Shown: positions 1-10,074 of the stretch, piece after piece
How positions within the stretch are numbered: position 1 is the first letter of the stretch
Layout of the letters: each line of letters opens with the position of its first letter
NCBI GenBank assembly: GCA_965207225.1
Contig: CBDBLV010000004.1
Location: forward strand, 32,001 to 96,000
Direction: 5' to 3'
Length of the DNA stretch: 64,000 nucleotides
From: Dehalococcoidia bacterium
GTDB taxonomy: Bacteria > Chloroflexota > Dehalococcoidia > Plut-88900
Notes under the pieces: model-generated
Told to the model about the DNA's origin: nothing
Seen by the model: the letters and a program-made list of their open reading frames with translations, nothing else
Database searches by the model: none
Made by a program: the position numbers and the translations under genes

Positions 1-1595
1 AGCTGCTGGAAGGCATCTTCAGGCGCTTCAAGCTGAATGCCATCTTTGCCTATGCGATAGCCGGGCTTGTCCTCGGGCCAGTCGGCGGGTTGGTTGAAGA
101 CAGTTCGGAGTTGGACCTAATCCTGGGCCTGGGAATCTTCATCTTTTTCTTCCTTATCGGGCTGGAGGAGTTGGACATCAGAGGCTTCGTGGCGGCCATC
201 CGGGGACGCTTGTTCCTGGCTTCAGTTTTATCGGTGGCCATATCGCTTCTAATTTCCCTGGCGGTAACGACAGACTTCCTGTTTGACCTGCACTTAGACC
301 TGGATTTCACGCAGGCCCTGGGCCTTGCCGGTGTATTGTCGTTGTCAAGCCTGGGACTCGTGGCAAAGGTGCTGATTGACGAAGGGAGGCTGAAGGAGCG
401 CGTGGGCGTGCAGATCTTCACAGCAGTAATCATCGCCGAGCTGATCGCGCTATTTGTCGTGGGTTTCACTATCAGCGAACACTTCGGATCTGAAGAAAAC
501 GGCCGGGGCCTAAGCTGGGTCAGTGTATCGGTCCTTGTAGGGCAGATTCTCGGGTTTGCCATTGTCACATGGCTAGTTTCGACACTGATGTTGCCAAGAG
601 TGATAGTGCTGCTACACCGGTTCCTAAGGGTGCCTCAGCTTTCATTTGGGCTTCTGCTCGGCGGACTTTTCCTGGTTGTGGTTGCTGCCGAGGCGGCCGG
701 GCTCCACGGGTCTATCGGGGCTTTACTGTTTGGAGCGGCGCTGTCGACGCTGCCCTACCAGGTGAGGCGCGACATCATGCCCGGGATGCGGGGCACGGCC
801 GAGGGGTTGTTCGTTCCGCTGTTTTTCGCCTCTGCAGGTCTACATCTGAATCTCGAGTTCCTCGATCTTCCCTGGGAGACCGTGCTCGCTTTGGCTCTCG
901 TGCCTCTTGGAGGCAAATTCGTAGCGGCGTTTGTCAGCGCGTACATCACCCGCCTGAATGCACCCTTTGCCACCGCGATGGGGCTGATGGCCAAGGGCGT
1001 GGCAGAGATTGCCCTTCTGTTAGTGTTGCTGAAGTCGGGAGCTATAGGCGATGGTGTCTTCTCCCTGCTAGTGCTGGTGATGTTTGGATATATCCTTCTA
1101 ACTCCGATGGGGATCAGCTTTTCCCTTCGGAGAACCCGACTCTCTGAGGAAATAGTGCCATCAGGGCAAACGCCTCCATCGTTGGACCGGTTTGCCCTGG
1201 AGGGCATCAGAGTAAAGGATATCCTGGACCGGTCTCGCAGATACCCTGAACCCACACTTACTGTCAAAGCGTTTATCGAGAGCTGGATGCTGCCGCAGCA
1301 GCATGACTACGTAGTTGCGGACAAGGAAAGGTGCGCGGGCATAGTCTCATTAAGTATGCTGCGCTATCTCCCACGGGGAGAGTGGGACCGGACTGAGCTT
1401 AGTCAAGTGTTGCGCCGCAACACTCCGACCGCAAATCCGGATGAATTTCTGGAAGACGCACTACAGCGTATGACTGAGAATTCGCTGACCGTGCTCCCTG
1501 TGATCGAGACGAAGACGGGTAACTTCATGGGTACGATTTCAAGCCACGAAGTGTTGGAATTGGTGGTGCTCACGGCCACGGGCCACGAAAATTGA
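1..1595 (+). CDS. Cation:proton antiporter (CPA2/Kef-like) with C-terminal CBS pair; 5' end truncated by window
   Basis: Frame is open from position 3 (LLEGIFRRFKLNAIFAYAIAGLVLGP) into ORF 90..1595. About 12 TM segments with GLE, LSSLGLVAKVL, GALLFG, FVPLFF and KGVAE motifs, then a CBS-like tail (DALQRMTENSLTVLPVI..GNFMGTIS). Confidence 0.88.
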   Translation, partial: LLEGIFRRFKLNAIFAYAIAGLVLGPVGGLVEDSSELDLILGLGIFIFFFLIGLEELDIRGFVAAIRGRLFLASVLSVAISLLISLAVTTDFLFDLHLDLDFTQALGLAGVLSLSSLGLVAKVLIDEGRLKERVGVQIFTAVIIAELIALFVVGFTISEHFGSEENGRGLSWVSVSVLVGQILGFAIVTWLVSTLMLPRVIVLLHRFLRVPQLSFGLLLGGLFLVVVAAEAAGLHGSIGALLFGAALSTLPYQVRRDIMPGMRGTAEGLFVPLFFASAGLHLNLEFLDLPWETVLALALVPLGGKFVAAFVSAYITRLNAPFATAMGLMAKGVAEIALLLVLLKSGAIGDGVFSLLVLVMFGYILLTPMGISFSLRRTRLSEEIVPSGQTPPSLDRFALEGIRVKDILDRSRRYPEPTLTVKAFIESWMLPQQHDYVVADKERCAGIVSLSMLRYLPRGEWDRTELSQVLRRNTPTANPDEFLEDALQRMTENSLTVLPVIETKTGNFMGTISSHEVLELVVLTATGHEN

Positions 1596-1790
1596 TTCCG
1601 AAGCGCAACCGCCCGCACTCTTAGATTATTCTTGAGACTCTTGCCAGGTGGCCCATGCGGCCAAACATCAACGTTGACACTTTGTCTCCAAAAAAGATGA
1701 CTTGATACGGCAGTGCTGTTTGCTGATTCGCTCCGAGCTTTGTTTTCCAGGCCTCCAGCAGCACCATTGCGCCGAGATTCACATTGAGCA

Positions 1791-1818
1791 TTGAGAATTG
1801 GGAATTCTGGTGTATAGT
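1791..1818 (+). promoter_or_regulatory. Putative sigma70 promoter upstream of the SulP gene
   Basis: TTGAGA (1791-1796), 16-nt spacer, TATAGT (1813-1818). Confidence 0.4.
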
Positions 1819-2031
1819 GGGCCAAGCAATGTCCTTGCTCCCGTCCATCTGAGGTGGCAATAGGGATGAGACTTGCCCCAGCGATACCCCGAGGATACCT
1901 TCCTCGGTGAGTGCATCAATAGCACTTAGTGCAAATTCGGTGGTCGCAGGGACAAGAAAGGAGCGATGCCCCAAAAGGCAATTTAATCGCTTCAGGGTAA
2001 AGGACATGACAACCACGCTTACAGGACTACC

Positions 2032-3687
2032 TTGCTGAATAGCATATCGCCACGTGTTTCGGAATACGGTATAAGTGGCGTACGCGGCGATGTTCTTGGC
2101 GGCGTCACTGCGGCAATAGTAAGTCTGCCGGTAGCATTAGCCTTCGGACTGGCGGCGGGGCTTGGCCCCGCCGCCGGCATTTATGGCGCGATTTCGGTGG
2201 GATTCTTTGCCGCCGTGTTTGGGGGCACCAAATCTCTAATTTCAGGCCCGACGGGTTCGATGACGGTGGCAATGGCTGTCATTGTCGAGACGAGTGCGGA
2301 CAATATCGCAGAGGCCTTCACCATTGTCGTCATGGCGGGGATGTTCCAGATCCTGTTCGGGCTGCTCAGGATCGGCCGGTTCGTCACGTACACGCCCTAT
2401 TCCGTGATTTCGGGATTCATGACGGGTGTCGGGGTGATCATCATCCTGGTGCAAACGTTGCCATTCATGGGGGCAGAGGTAGCAACGGGCGGCCCGATAG
2501 GCACTCTGCGGAATATCACTTCGATATTTGACGAATTCGAGAGCAATGCACTCGGGATAGCTGCAATTACCCTGGTCGTGGCCATACTGTGGCCAAACAA
2601 GTTCGACAAATATCTTCCCTCTACGCTTGTCGCCCTGGGAGTCGGGACGTTGGTTAGCGTGGTATGGCTCACCCAGGCCCCCACGATCGGGACCATCCCA
2701 ACGGACCTGCCGTCCTTCGCAATGCCGGACTTTGCACCCGACACCCTGGTACGCTCCATAGAGCCGGCGATAGTCATTGCGCTGGTTGGATCGGCGGACA
2801 CGCTGCTTACGGCGCTGGTTGCGGACTCGATGACCCGTTCCCGGCACGATCCCAGCAGAGAGTTGCTGTCCCAGGGTATTGGCAACGTATTCACCGCCTT
2901 CATACGTGGGCTACCCGGGTCGGGGGCCACGCCGAGCACGGTAGCAAACGTCCGGGCAGGGGGCCGAACCTTTGTATCTGGAGTGGTGTCGGTGGGGATC
3001 CTGGTGGTGCTGGTCCTGATGCTGGGAGAGTACGTGGCGTCGATTCCTAACGCAGTGCTGGCGGGGATCCTCGTGAAGGTGGCGCTTGACACCATAGACT
3101 GGCGGTTCGTGACCCGCATACACCGGGTCCAAAAGGAACACATGGTAGTCATGCTCCTCACCCTTGGACTTACGGTCTTCCTAGACCTGGTTGCGGCGGT
3201 TGCGGTGGGTATGATTGCGGCTGCGGTGACCAGCGCAAGGCAGTTCGAGAGACTGGAAATGGACAGCGTAGTGTCCGTGCCGATTCTCGACCAGGTGTTT
3301 TTCGGGACTCTGGATGAAGAGGACGACTTAGACGAATACACTGCGAGGGTTGGGCTGGTTGCGCTTAGGGGCACATTTACTGTGGCATCCTCCAGCAAGC
3401 TCATCGATACGATAGGCGAAGACATCAGGGAGCACGAAGTGGTCATCTTAGACTTCACCGACACCGTCTATATCGACGACAGTGCGGCCCTGGTGGTTGA
3501 ACAGCTGATTGAGACGTCCTTTAACTACGACACGCAGTGCATCATCATGGGGCTCCAGGGGACACCAGCACAGAACTTGCAGGGCCTGAACGTCTTGAAG
3601 CAGGTACCGCCAGACCAAATAGTGGAAGATAGGGACCAGGCGAGAGCGGTTGCTGCGAGGCTGCTGGCACAGAAGGCTACTACCTAA
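2032..3687 (+). CDS. SulP family inorganic anion transporter with STAS domain (BicA-like)
   Basis: GDVLGGVTAAIVSLPVALAFG, ISGPTG, PYSVISGFMTG and ELLSQGIGN motifs; C-terminal STAS (VILDFTDTVYIDDSA). Confidence 0.93.
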   Translation: MLNSISPRVSEYGISGVRGDVLGGVTAAIVSLPVALAFGLAAGLGPAAGIYGAISVGFFAAVFGGTKSLISGPTGSMTVAMAVIVETSADNIAEAFTIVVMAGMFQILFGLLRIGRFVTYTPYSVISGFMTGVGVIIILVQTLPFMGAEVATGGPIGTLRNITSIFDEFESNALGIAAITLVVAILWPNKFDKYLPSTLVALGVGTLVSVVWLTQAPTIGTIPTDLPSFAMPDFAPDTLVRSIEPAIVIALVGSADTLLTALVADSMTRSRHDPSRELLSQGIGNVFTAFIRGLPGSGATPSTVANVRAGGRTFVSGVVSVGILVVLVLMLGEYVASIPNAVLAGILVKVALDTIDWRFVTRIHRVQKEHMVVMLLTLGLTVFLDLVAAVAVGMIAAAVTSARQFERLEMDSVVSVPILDQVFFGTLDEEDDLDEYTARVGLVALRGTFTVASSSKLIDTIGEDIREHEVVILDFTDTVYIDDSAALVVEQLIETSFNYDTQCIIMGLQGTPAQNLQGLNVLKQVPPDQIVEDRDQARAVAARLLAQKATT

Positions 3688-3744
3688 CACAGTATCGGCG
3701 CAGCTCCCCTGAGCTTTAAGACTGCGGTTGTAGCCGGCTCAGTT

Positions 3745-4278
3745 CTAGCCCTTGATCCTGAGGGGCAGGCCCGCCGTCATGAAGTAGACAACGTCGGCTT
3801 CCGCGGCGATGAGGCGGTTGACACGACCCAGTTCATCGGTAAAGACCCTGCCTAGTTCCGTAGTCGCAACGAGACCCAACCCCACCTCATTGGAGACGAC
3901 TATCCAGGAAGCATGTCCTCTCCCGTAAGCCTCCAGTAAATCTTCCACATCAGATGGAATGTCGCGACGGTTGGATCGGATGTCGGGCGTACTGTGGAGG
4001 AGGTTGCTGACCCAGAGGGTGAGGCAGTCCAGGACCACCGTATCGTACTCTCCCAGGGCGGGGGCAAGGGCTGCAGTGAGTTCCAGGGGCTCTTCCAGGG
4101 TGTCCCAATGGTCGGGGCGGCTTTCTCGGTGAGCCTGGATGCGGGCTTCCATCTCCGGGTCAAGGGGTTCTGCGGTGGCCAGGAAAAGGACGCGATCGGC
4201 AGGTGCTGCGAGTTCCTGGGCGAATGAACTCTTGCCAGAGCGAATACCACCAAGGATGAGGGTCAACTGCTTGGTCAT
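3745..4278 (-). CDS. cobU: Bifunctional adenosylcobinamide kinase / adenosylcobinamide-phosphate guanylyltransferase
   Basis: GGIRSGKS P-loop, EMEARIQAHRESRP, LDCLTLWVSN, VSNEVGLG; lies in a corrinoid operon. Confidence 0.95.
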   Translation of the reverse strand: MTKQLTLILGGIRSGKSSFAQELAAPADRVLFLATAEPLDPEMEARIQAHRESRPDHWDTLEEPLELTAALAPALGEYDTVVLDCLTLWVSNLLHSTPDIRSNRRDIPSDVEDLLEAYGRGHASWIVVSNEVGLGLVATTELGRVFTDELGRVNRLIAAEADVVYFMTAGLPLRIKG

Positions 4279-4323
4279 ATAAAGCTCCTCATTTGCTCCC
4301 TGTCTGGATCCGTAAACTCTGAT

Positions 4324-5085
4324 TCACCAAAGATGTGGTTGGAACAGCCAAGAAAACTGTTCATAGAGGACCAGGCCAGTCAATAGAACCGAGACCTCAG
4401 TCAATTCGTTAACTGCGCCGTAGGTGTCCCCAGTCATTCCGCCCAGGAGTCGGGAAGTGAAGCGTCCTATTGCGAGGGCCACGACCAGGGCCACAGCGGC
4501 CAGAACAAGGCCTCCGAGCCCGAGAATCAGCACTCCGACAGCCGCTGCGATACCCAGCCCTAGCGCGTCCATCCACCATCTTGTCTGCACCTTAAATGAA
4601 GTACCGAGTCCCTGGTCTCGGGCATATTTGAAAACGATTATGGTGAGAAGCATTCCGGCACGAGAGAGAGCTGGAAACAAGACAAAGAGTTCGGTTCGCA
4701 TTTCGGTGTCGACGGATGCGAGGAGGGCCCATTTGAAGATAAGAAGCGTAGCACCGCCGATAACCGCAAAGGCGCCAACGTGGGGGTCGCGGAGTATTTC
4801 CAAGCGCCTTTCGCGGGAGTAGGCGCCGAAAAGGGCATCGCAGGAATCCAGGAAACCCTCGGTGTGAAGGGCTCGGGTGAGTACGAGCAGAGCGATGACG
4901 AGAAGGGCCCCGACCACGAATGGCGGCAGGACCATGCTTACGGCTAAGTCCAGACCTGCGAGTATTCCTCCCAGCCCAAGCCCTACCAAGGGGAAATATG
5001 CTCTTGTGCGACCCATGGGCCGGAGGTCACGGAAGCCTACGGGGAAGATGGTCAGGAAGGAGACTGCCAGTCGGAGGCTTGTCAC
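4324..5085 (-). CDS. cobS: Adenosylcobinamide-GDP ribazoletransferase (cobalamin synthase)
   Basis: FLTIFP, ALHTEGFLDSCDAL, RLEILRDPHVGAFA and GGMTGDTYGAVNELTE motifs; membrane protein. Confidence 0.95.
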   Translation of the reverse strand: MTSLRLAVSFLTIFPVGFRDLRPMGRTRAYFPLVGLGLGGILAGLDLAVSMVLPPFVVGALLVIALLVLTRALHTEGFLDSCDALFGAYSRERRLEILRDPHVGAFAVIGGATLLIFKWALLASVDTEMRTELFVLFPALSRAGMLLTIIVFKYARDQGLGTSFKVQTRWWMDALGLGIAAAVGVLILGLGGLVLAAVALVVALAIGRFTSRLLGGMTGDTYGAVNELTEVSVLLTGLVLYEQFSWLFQPHLW

Positions 5086-5090
5086 GTGGG

Positions 5091-6167
5091 TTAGATAACT
5101 TGGGCTGTGGTCTTGCGATTAGAGACACCAGCTTCGGAGAAGGATGCCATATCCGACAGACATGCGGCAGCGGCTTCGATTATGGGCATGGCGAGAGCCG
5201 CACCCGTACCCTCCCCAAGTCGCATGTCAAGGTCCAGTACGGGGCTCAGGCCGAGGTGAGAGAGAACTGCACTATGACCTTTTTCTGCTGAGAGATGGGC
5301 GGCAACCATGTAGTCTCGGGTGTGGGGGCAGAGGCAGTGGGCGATAAGGGCGGCGGCACCGGAGACGAATCCATCCAGCACGATGACTCGTCGGGCGGAA
5401 GAGGCTCCCAGAATGACGCCAGCGAGGACGCCGATTTCGAAGCCGCCCACCTTGGTCAGGATACCGAAGGGGTCGTCGGGGCTTGGTTGGTTGGTGCGCA
5501 GTGTTTGCTCAACTACGTTGATTTTGTGCTTAAGTTCATGGTCGTTACGACCCGTGCCCCGACCCGTTGTTTCTTCAGGTGGCCTTCCAGTCATGGCCGA
5601 TGTTATTGCGCTGGAGGCGGTTGTGTTGCCGATACCCATGTCGCCCGTGCCGATCAGGTCAGCGCCCCTGTAGGCTGCCTCGAGGGCAAATTGAAAGCCG
5701 GCGGTGAGGCAGTGTCGGGCCTGGGTACGAGTCATGGCGGGGCCTGACGAGATGTCGGCGGTTCCGGGGCCAGAGCGAACCGACCTCAAGTGCGAGTGGT
5801 CGGGGAGTGGTTGGGCAGTGCCTGCGTCTACGATTACCAGTTCTATACCTGAGCGTCGGGCTATTGCGTTTATGGCCGCTCCACCTGCAAGGAAGTTGAG
5901 CACCATCTGTCGGGTGACTTCCTGGGGGTAACCTGTGACGCCTTGCTTGACGACGCCGTGATCACCAGCAGCCACTATGATGGTCTTTCCTCGTATGGTC
6001 GGAGATTCCGTGCCGAATACGCCGGCTAATTGGATGGATAACTCTTCCAACCTCCCCAGGCTTCCGGGAGGCTTAGTCAGTTGAGATTGTCGGGACCGGG
6101 CGGCGGTTATGGCATCGGAGTCGGCGGGGGTGATGCTTGAGATGATCTGGTCGAGGTCGGGGGTCAA
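5091..6167 (-). CDS. cobT: Nicotinate-nucleotide:dimethylbenzimidazole phosphoribosyltransferase
   Basis: LTKPPGSLGRLE, AGDHGV, GDMGIGNTT, LDGFVSG, LDMRLGEGTGA. Likely TTG start at 6167 overlapping the cobO TGA (the track's start at 6251 is probably too long). Confidence 0.95.
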   Translation of the reverse strand: MTPDLDQIISSITPADSDAITAARSRQSQLTKPPGSLGRLEELSIQLAGVFGTESPTIRGKTIIVAAGDHGVVKQGVTGYPQEVTRQMVLNFLAGGAAINAIARRSGIELVIVDAGTAQPLPDHSHLRSVRSGPGTADISSGPAMTRTQARHCLTAGFQFALEAAYRGADLIGTGDMGIGNTTASSAITSAMTGRPPEETTGRGTGRNDHELKHKINVVEQTLRTNQPSPDDPFGILTKVGGFEIGVLAGVILGASSARRVIVLDGFVSGAAALIAHCLCPHTRDYMVAAHLSAEKGHSAVLSHLGLSPVLDLDMRLGEGTGAALAMPIIEAAAACLSDMASFSEAGVSNRKTTAQVI

Positions 6168-6739
6168 AACTCTATACCCTTCTGGGCGACGATGCCATGA
6201 TCTTCGTAGGGGTGCTTGATAACGTTCATTTCGGTGACGAGGTCGGCGCAATCAATGATTTCCTGGGGGGCATAGCGGCCGGTGATTATCACGTGCATTT
6301 TGGGCGGTTTCTGCCTGAGGGTTTCGACGACCTCTTCAATCGGGACCCAGCCGTAGTGCATGGGGTAGGTGAATTCATCGAGGACGATGATGTCTTCTGC
6401 GCCCTCCAGGATGGCCTTTTTACAGCGGTCCCAGAGCGCCACTGCCATCTCCGTGGTCTGGTCCATGTCTTTGGATAGCCAGGTAAAGCCGTCGCCAAAG
6501 GACTCCATGGGAATGCTGAGCTTGGCCGCGGCCCGGTTTTCTCCGAAGCGAGCACCCGTGTGCTTGATGAACTGGAACATCCTGACCTTAAAGTCCCGTC
6601 CCCAAGCCCGAAATATAACGCCCAGGGCGGCTGTGGTCTTGCCTTTTCCGTTACCGGTGTTCACGATGATCAGGCCGGTGCGGCCGCGGCGTCGCCTGGC
6701 AGGCCTTTCAGGGACTAAAGAAGGGTCCAGGGTGTTCAT
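6164..6739 (-). CDS. cobO: Cob(I)yrinic acid a,c-diamide adenosyltransferase (BtuR/CobO)
   Basis: GNGKGKTTAALG, QFIK, GDGFTW, VLDE, IITGRYAP, ADLVTEM, KHP, AQKGIEF. Confidence 0.95.
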   Translation of the reverse strand: MNTLDPSLVPERPARRRRGRTGLIIVNTGNGKGKTTAALGVIFRAWGRDFKVRMFQFIKHTGARFGENRAAAKLSIPMESFGDGFTWLSKDMDQTTEMAVALWDRCKKAILEGAEDIIVLDEFTYPMHYGWVPIEEVVETLRQKPPKMHVIITGRYAPQEIIDCADLVTEMNVIKHPYEDHGIVAQKGIEF

Positions 6740-7644
6740 TGCTCTCCTCCCTTCTCATACGACTGGCGGCTGTTTGACTCCAGGAAACACGGGTCGGAAA
6801 TGGATTCGGGCGAGAAAGGGGTGAATTGGCCGTTGGCAGGGGAGTGTTCTTCCACCGGACCGATCAGGCTCAGGGTCAGAGCCCCCGCTATCGGGTCCCG
6901 GTAGACTGATACGTTCACGCCGAAAGAAGACGCTATGGTGCGAGGGGTGAGGACATCCTCCGGGGAGCCCTGGGCGAGGACTCTGCCATCTTTCATTAGG
7001 ACTAGACGGTCGCAGTATCGGGCTGCCAACTGGAGATCATGAATGGCAGCGATTGCGGTCAAGCCGCCGTCCACAAGCTTGCGAACGAGACCGATGACCT
7101 TGAGCTGATGCAGGATATCCAGATTGGACGTTGGCTCGTCGAGAAGGAGGACACGGGGTTGCTGGGCGAGAGCCCGGGACACGAAGATGCGCTGACGCTC
7201 GCCGCCGGACAGGGTGTCGAGGGTCCTGTCGGTGAATTGTTCAGTCTCGGTGAGGCGCATTGCCTCCCTGGCAACGAGATTATCCTTCTTGCCCTCGATC
7301 TGGAGTCGGCCCATGTGGGGATACCTGCCCATCAGCACCAGCTCCAGGGCAGTAAAGCCCTGGGTGTAGGGTGCGATCTGAGGAACGATAGCAAGGGCCC
7401 GGGCAATGTCCCTGGGCGTGGCATGCTTCAGGTCAGAGCCTTCCAACAGCACAACGCCTTCGCTGTAACTCAGAATGCCTGCTATTACCCTGAGCAAGGT
7501 GGTCTTGCCCGCACCGTTAGGGCCTATAAGCCCCACGAGCTGGCCCCGTTCGGCGCTAAGGTCTACACAGTCTAGAAGGGTCTGTGCGTCAACCTCGTAA
7601 TGGAGGTCTTTAGCGCTTACGGGTCGATTTTCTGTGTCTGCCAT
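6736..7644 (-). CDS. Cobalamin/iron-chelate ABC transporter ATP-binding protein (BtuD/FepC-like)
   Basis: GPNGAGKT, MGRYPH, LSGGERQR, LLLDEPT, AIHDL. Confidence 0.92.
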   Translation of the reverse strand: MADTENRPVSAKDLHYEVDAQTLLDCVDLSAERGQLVGLIGPNGAGKTTLLRVIAGILSYSEGVVLLEGSDLKHATPRDIARALAIVPQIAPYTQGFTALELVLMGRYPHMGRLQIEGKKDNLVAREAMRLTETEQFTDRTLDTLSGGERQRIFVSRALAQQPRVLLLDEPTSNLDILHQLKVIGLVRKLVDGGLTAIAAIHDLQLAARYCDRLVLMKDGRVLAQGSPEDVLTPRTIASSFGVNVSVYRDPIAGALTLSLIGPVEEHSPANGQFTPFSPESISDPCFLESNSRQSYEKGGEQ

Positions 7645-7651
7645 GGCAAAG

Positions 7652-8866
7652 CTACTCGGCCAAGCTGAACTGGTAGTCTATGGGTTCGGTGAACAGGTCG
7701 GGCCAGAGGAGTCGGGCCAATTCCTCGGCGCCCAGTATGTTCCAGTGGGAGAGGGTGGTGAAGTGCTTGCTCTCGACTATGTGGACCTGGCCATTCTTGA
7801 TGGCCGGGACTTCAGCGAGGGCTTCGTTATCCAAGAGGCTCTGGCGAAAGTCTCCGGCGCCGAACTCGGGAGGTTGGGGAATGATCACTATGTCAGGGGC
7901 CATGGAGATGACACCTTCCAGGCTAGTGGTCGCATTGGCAACAATTCCCGCTTCTTCAGCGGCATTTATACCTCCTGCGGCAGTGATAACACCACCTTCC
8001 GTGGAATCAGCGCCGGCGGTCCAAATACTATCGGAATACCGGGTCAGGGCCAGGACACGGGGCTTGGGGACAGCGGGGGCGGTTGTGGCGACCAATGAGT
8101 GATATCTTGCCCCTACTTCCGCAGCGAACTCGACTGCGCGTTGCTCTTCACCAAGGATGTAGCCCATCAGGAGTATATTATCGATCCTCTCTGCGGGGCC
8201 TTGTACGAGATCGGTCTGGATGACTGGGATGTCGAGCCTAGATAGAGCATCGATTCCCTCGGCTGAGAAGAAGGGGCTGGTAACCACGACGTCGGGGGTG
8301 AGGGCGATGATGGTCTCGGGGTCTCTCGTAATCACCGGGAGGGCCTGCACCAAGGAGGCCACATTCGAAAATGTGGCGTTTTTGGTCGGATCTCCCACGC
8401 CGACCAGCCTAGACAAAGGAATTAGGGATACGGCTAATTCGTCGTGCCCGACGGAGGCGGTGATGAGCCTCAGAGGCTTATTTTGGATCGTGACGAGACC
8501 GTTAAGCCCCTCAACTTCGCGAGGCCAGCCGAAGTTGGTCGGGTCGACTATACCGGAGACGCCTTCAAAGTAGGACACCAGAGGTACGGGAGTGGAAGTA
8601 GGCACGGGCGTGGGCACAGAGGTAGGCGTTGGCGCCGGTACAGAGGTAGGAACAGGTGTCGGGTTGGAGGGCAAGGCCGTAGTCGGATTTGGCGTCGATG
8701 TAGGGGCAGGAGCTGCAGTTGGCGAAAGGACCGCGGTCGGGGCAGCGGTGGGTGGGGGAGGAGAGGTTGGGGCTGGAGTCGGGGTCGCGGATGTACACGC
8801 GGCCAACAACAGAACCATCAGGACAACCAGGGACACGATGGGCATTAAGAAACGCTTAGACGACAA
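7652..8866 (-). CDS. Cobalamin ABC transporter substrate-binding lipoprotein (BtuF-like) with Pro/Thr-rich linker
   Basis: Lipobox LLAAC, ~70-aa PTS/PTP low-complexity linker, PETIIALTPDVV, AAGGINAA, VPAIKNGQVH; B12 riboswitch operon. Confidence 0.85.
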   Translation of the reverse strand: MSSKRFLMPIVSLVVLMVLLLAACTSATPTPAPTSPPPPTAAPTAVLSPTAAPAPTSTPNPTTALPSNPTPVPTSVPAPTPTSVPTPVPTSTPVPLVSYFEGVSGIVDPTNFGWPREVEGLNGLVTIQNKPLRLITASVGHDELAVSLIPLSRLVGVGDPTKNATFSNVASLVQALPVITRDPETIIALTPDVVVTSPFFSAEGIDALSRLDIPVIQTDLVQGPAERIDNILLMGYILGEEQRAVEFAAEVGARYHSLVATTAPAVPKPRVLALTRYSDSIWTAGADSTEGGVITAAGGINAAEEAGIVANATTSLEGVISMAPDIVIIPQPPEFGAGDFRQSLLDNEALAEVPAIKNGQVHIVESKHFTTLSHWNILGAEELARLLWPDLFTEPIDYQFSLAE

Positions 8867-8893
8867 GGTAGCTCCTTTCCAATTTTTGAATTC

Positions 8894-9973
8894 TCATAGT
8901 GAGTAGACCTGTCGTTTGTTCTTTATCAGCAAAAATATGAAAAAGGGAGCGCCGACGAAGGCGGTGATGATGCTTACAGGGAGCTCGGCGGGCTGGATGA
9001 CGGTACGGGCGACGGTGTCGGCGAGGATGACGAAAGCAGCTCCGCCGAGGGCGCTCATGGGGACGAGTACACGGTGGTCGGGGCCGAGGACGAGGCGAAG
9101 GATATGGGGTGTGACAAGGCCGACAAAGGCAATAGTGCCACTAACAGCGACGGCAGACCCCGTGACTAGGGCGGCGGCCCCAAGGAGAGTCACGCGTGTG
9201 ACGCCGACGCGTATGCCCATTGAGCGGGCTTCGTCATCACCGAGTGTAAGGAGGTTGAGGTCGCGAGCCATGATCGCTATCACTGCGGTCCCGGCCAAAA
9301 TCAGGGGAGCGGATATACGGACGTGTTCCCAGGAACGGGAGTCGAGGCCTCCGGCGAGCCAGAAGAGGATCTCCCGGAGCGCTCCATTGTCGGGGAGGAG
9401 GATGATAATGGCGGAGACGATGGCACCCAGGAAGGCATTGACTGCGACGCCGGCCAGGAGAAGAGTAGCCATGGAGAAACGACCTCCGACCGCGGCTATG
9501 CCGTATACGAGGAAGGAGGCCCCCAAGGCACCCACGAACGCAAAGGCCGGAAGGGCAAGGAAGAATAGGCTAGTAATCCCCGTGGCGATGGCAACAACTG
9601 CGCCAACGGCGCCGCCTGCGGAAACGCCGATTATCCCGGGGTCGGCCATAGGATTGCGGAAAAGACCCTGCATGGTGGCACCGGCTACGCCGAGGGCCAT
9701 ACCGACAAGGGCCCCGACCGCGATTCTAGGGAGGCGGATTTGTTCGATTACGAGAAGTTCGGTGCGGGTGAAGGAGGCAAAATCCAGCCCAATGTAGGAC
9801 AGGATAACGGAGGCAACGCGATCAGTGGAGATGTTAACCGGGCCCAGGCTCAGGGACGCCAGCGCAGTTCCGAACACGAGGAGAAGGATGACGGAAGAGC
9901 TGGCTGTCAATCGGGTCACTACTCCCGACTGACGGTAGCTACGCAGTGCATTCGCACCGACAACTCGAATCAA
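8894..9973 (-). CDS. FecCD/BtuC family ABC permease
   Basis: IRLPR, QGLFRNPMADPGIIGVSAGG, LGDDEARSMG, IAFVGLVTPH, GAPFF; AGGAGG SD before the TTG start. Confidence 0.93.
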   Translation of the reverse strand: MIRVVGANALRSYRQSGVVTRLTASSSVILLLVFGTALASLSLGPVNISTDRVASVILSYIGLDFASFTRTELLVIEQIRLPRIAVGALVGMALGVAGATMQGLFRNPMADPGIIGVSAGGAVGAVVAIATGITSLFFLALPAFAFVGALGASFLVYGIAAVGGRFSMATLLLAGVAVNAFLGAIVSAIIILLPDNGALREILFWLAGGLDSRSWEHVRISAPLILAGTAVIAIMARDLNLLTLGDDEARSMGIRVGVTRVTLLGAAALVTGSAVAVSGTIAFVGLVTPHILRLVLGPDHRVLVPMSALGGAAFVILADTVARTVIQPAELPVSIITAFVGAPFFIFLLIKNKRQVYSL

Positions 9974-9975
9974 AA

Positions 9976-10005
9976 AGACCTCCTGCGGTTCTCCGCTAGA
10001 GGTCT
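9976..10005 (-). promoter_or_regulatory. SD-sequestering hairpin (riboswitch expression platform)
   Basis: Minus strand AGACCTC-TAGCGG-AGAA-CCGC-AG-GAGGTCT pairs over the AGGAGG SD immediately before the permease start. Confidence 0.65.
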
Positions 10006-10074
10006 CGATGTGCGCTGGTCGGGATTGTTCCCTGGACTCGAGGGACCCTCTCTGAGGCGGAGAGTGGTCACCTT

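Noticed and set aside
1621-2016. 131-aa minus-strand ORF between the antiporter and sulP
   Set aside because: No recognisable motif, and it lies antisense across the putative sulP promoter and leader.
6168-6251. N-terminal extension of CobT in the ORF track
   Set aside because: It overlaps the cobO 3' end. A TTG coupled to the cobO TGA gives a normal-length CobT.
8580-8800. Repetitive DNA inside the BtuF-like gene
   Set aside because: It encodes a Pro/Thr-rich lipoprotein linker with synonymous variation, so it is a protein-level feature.
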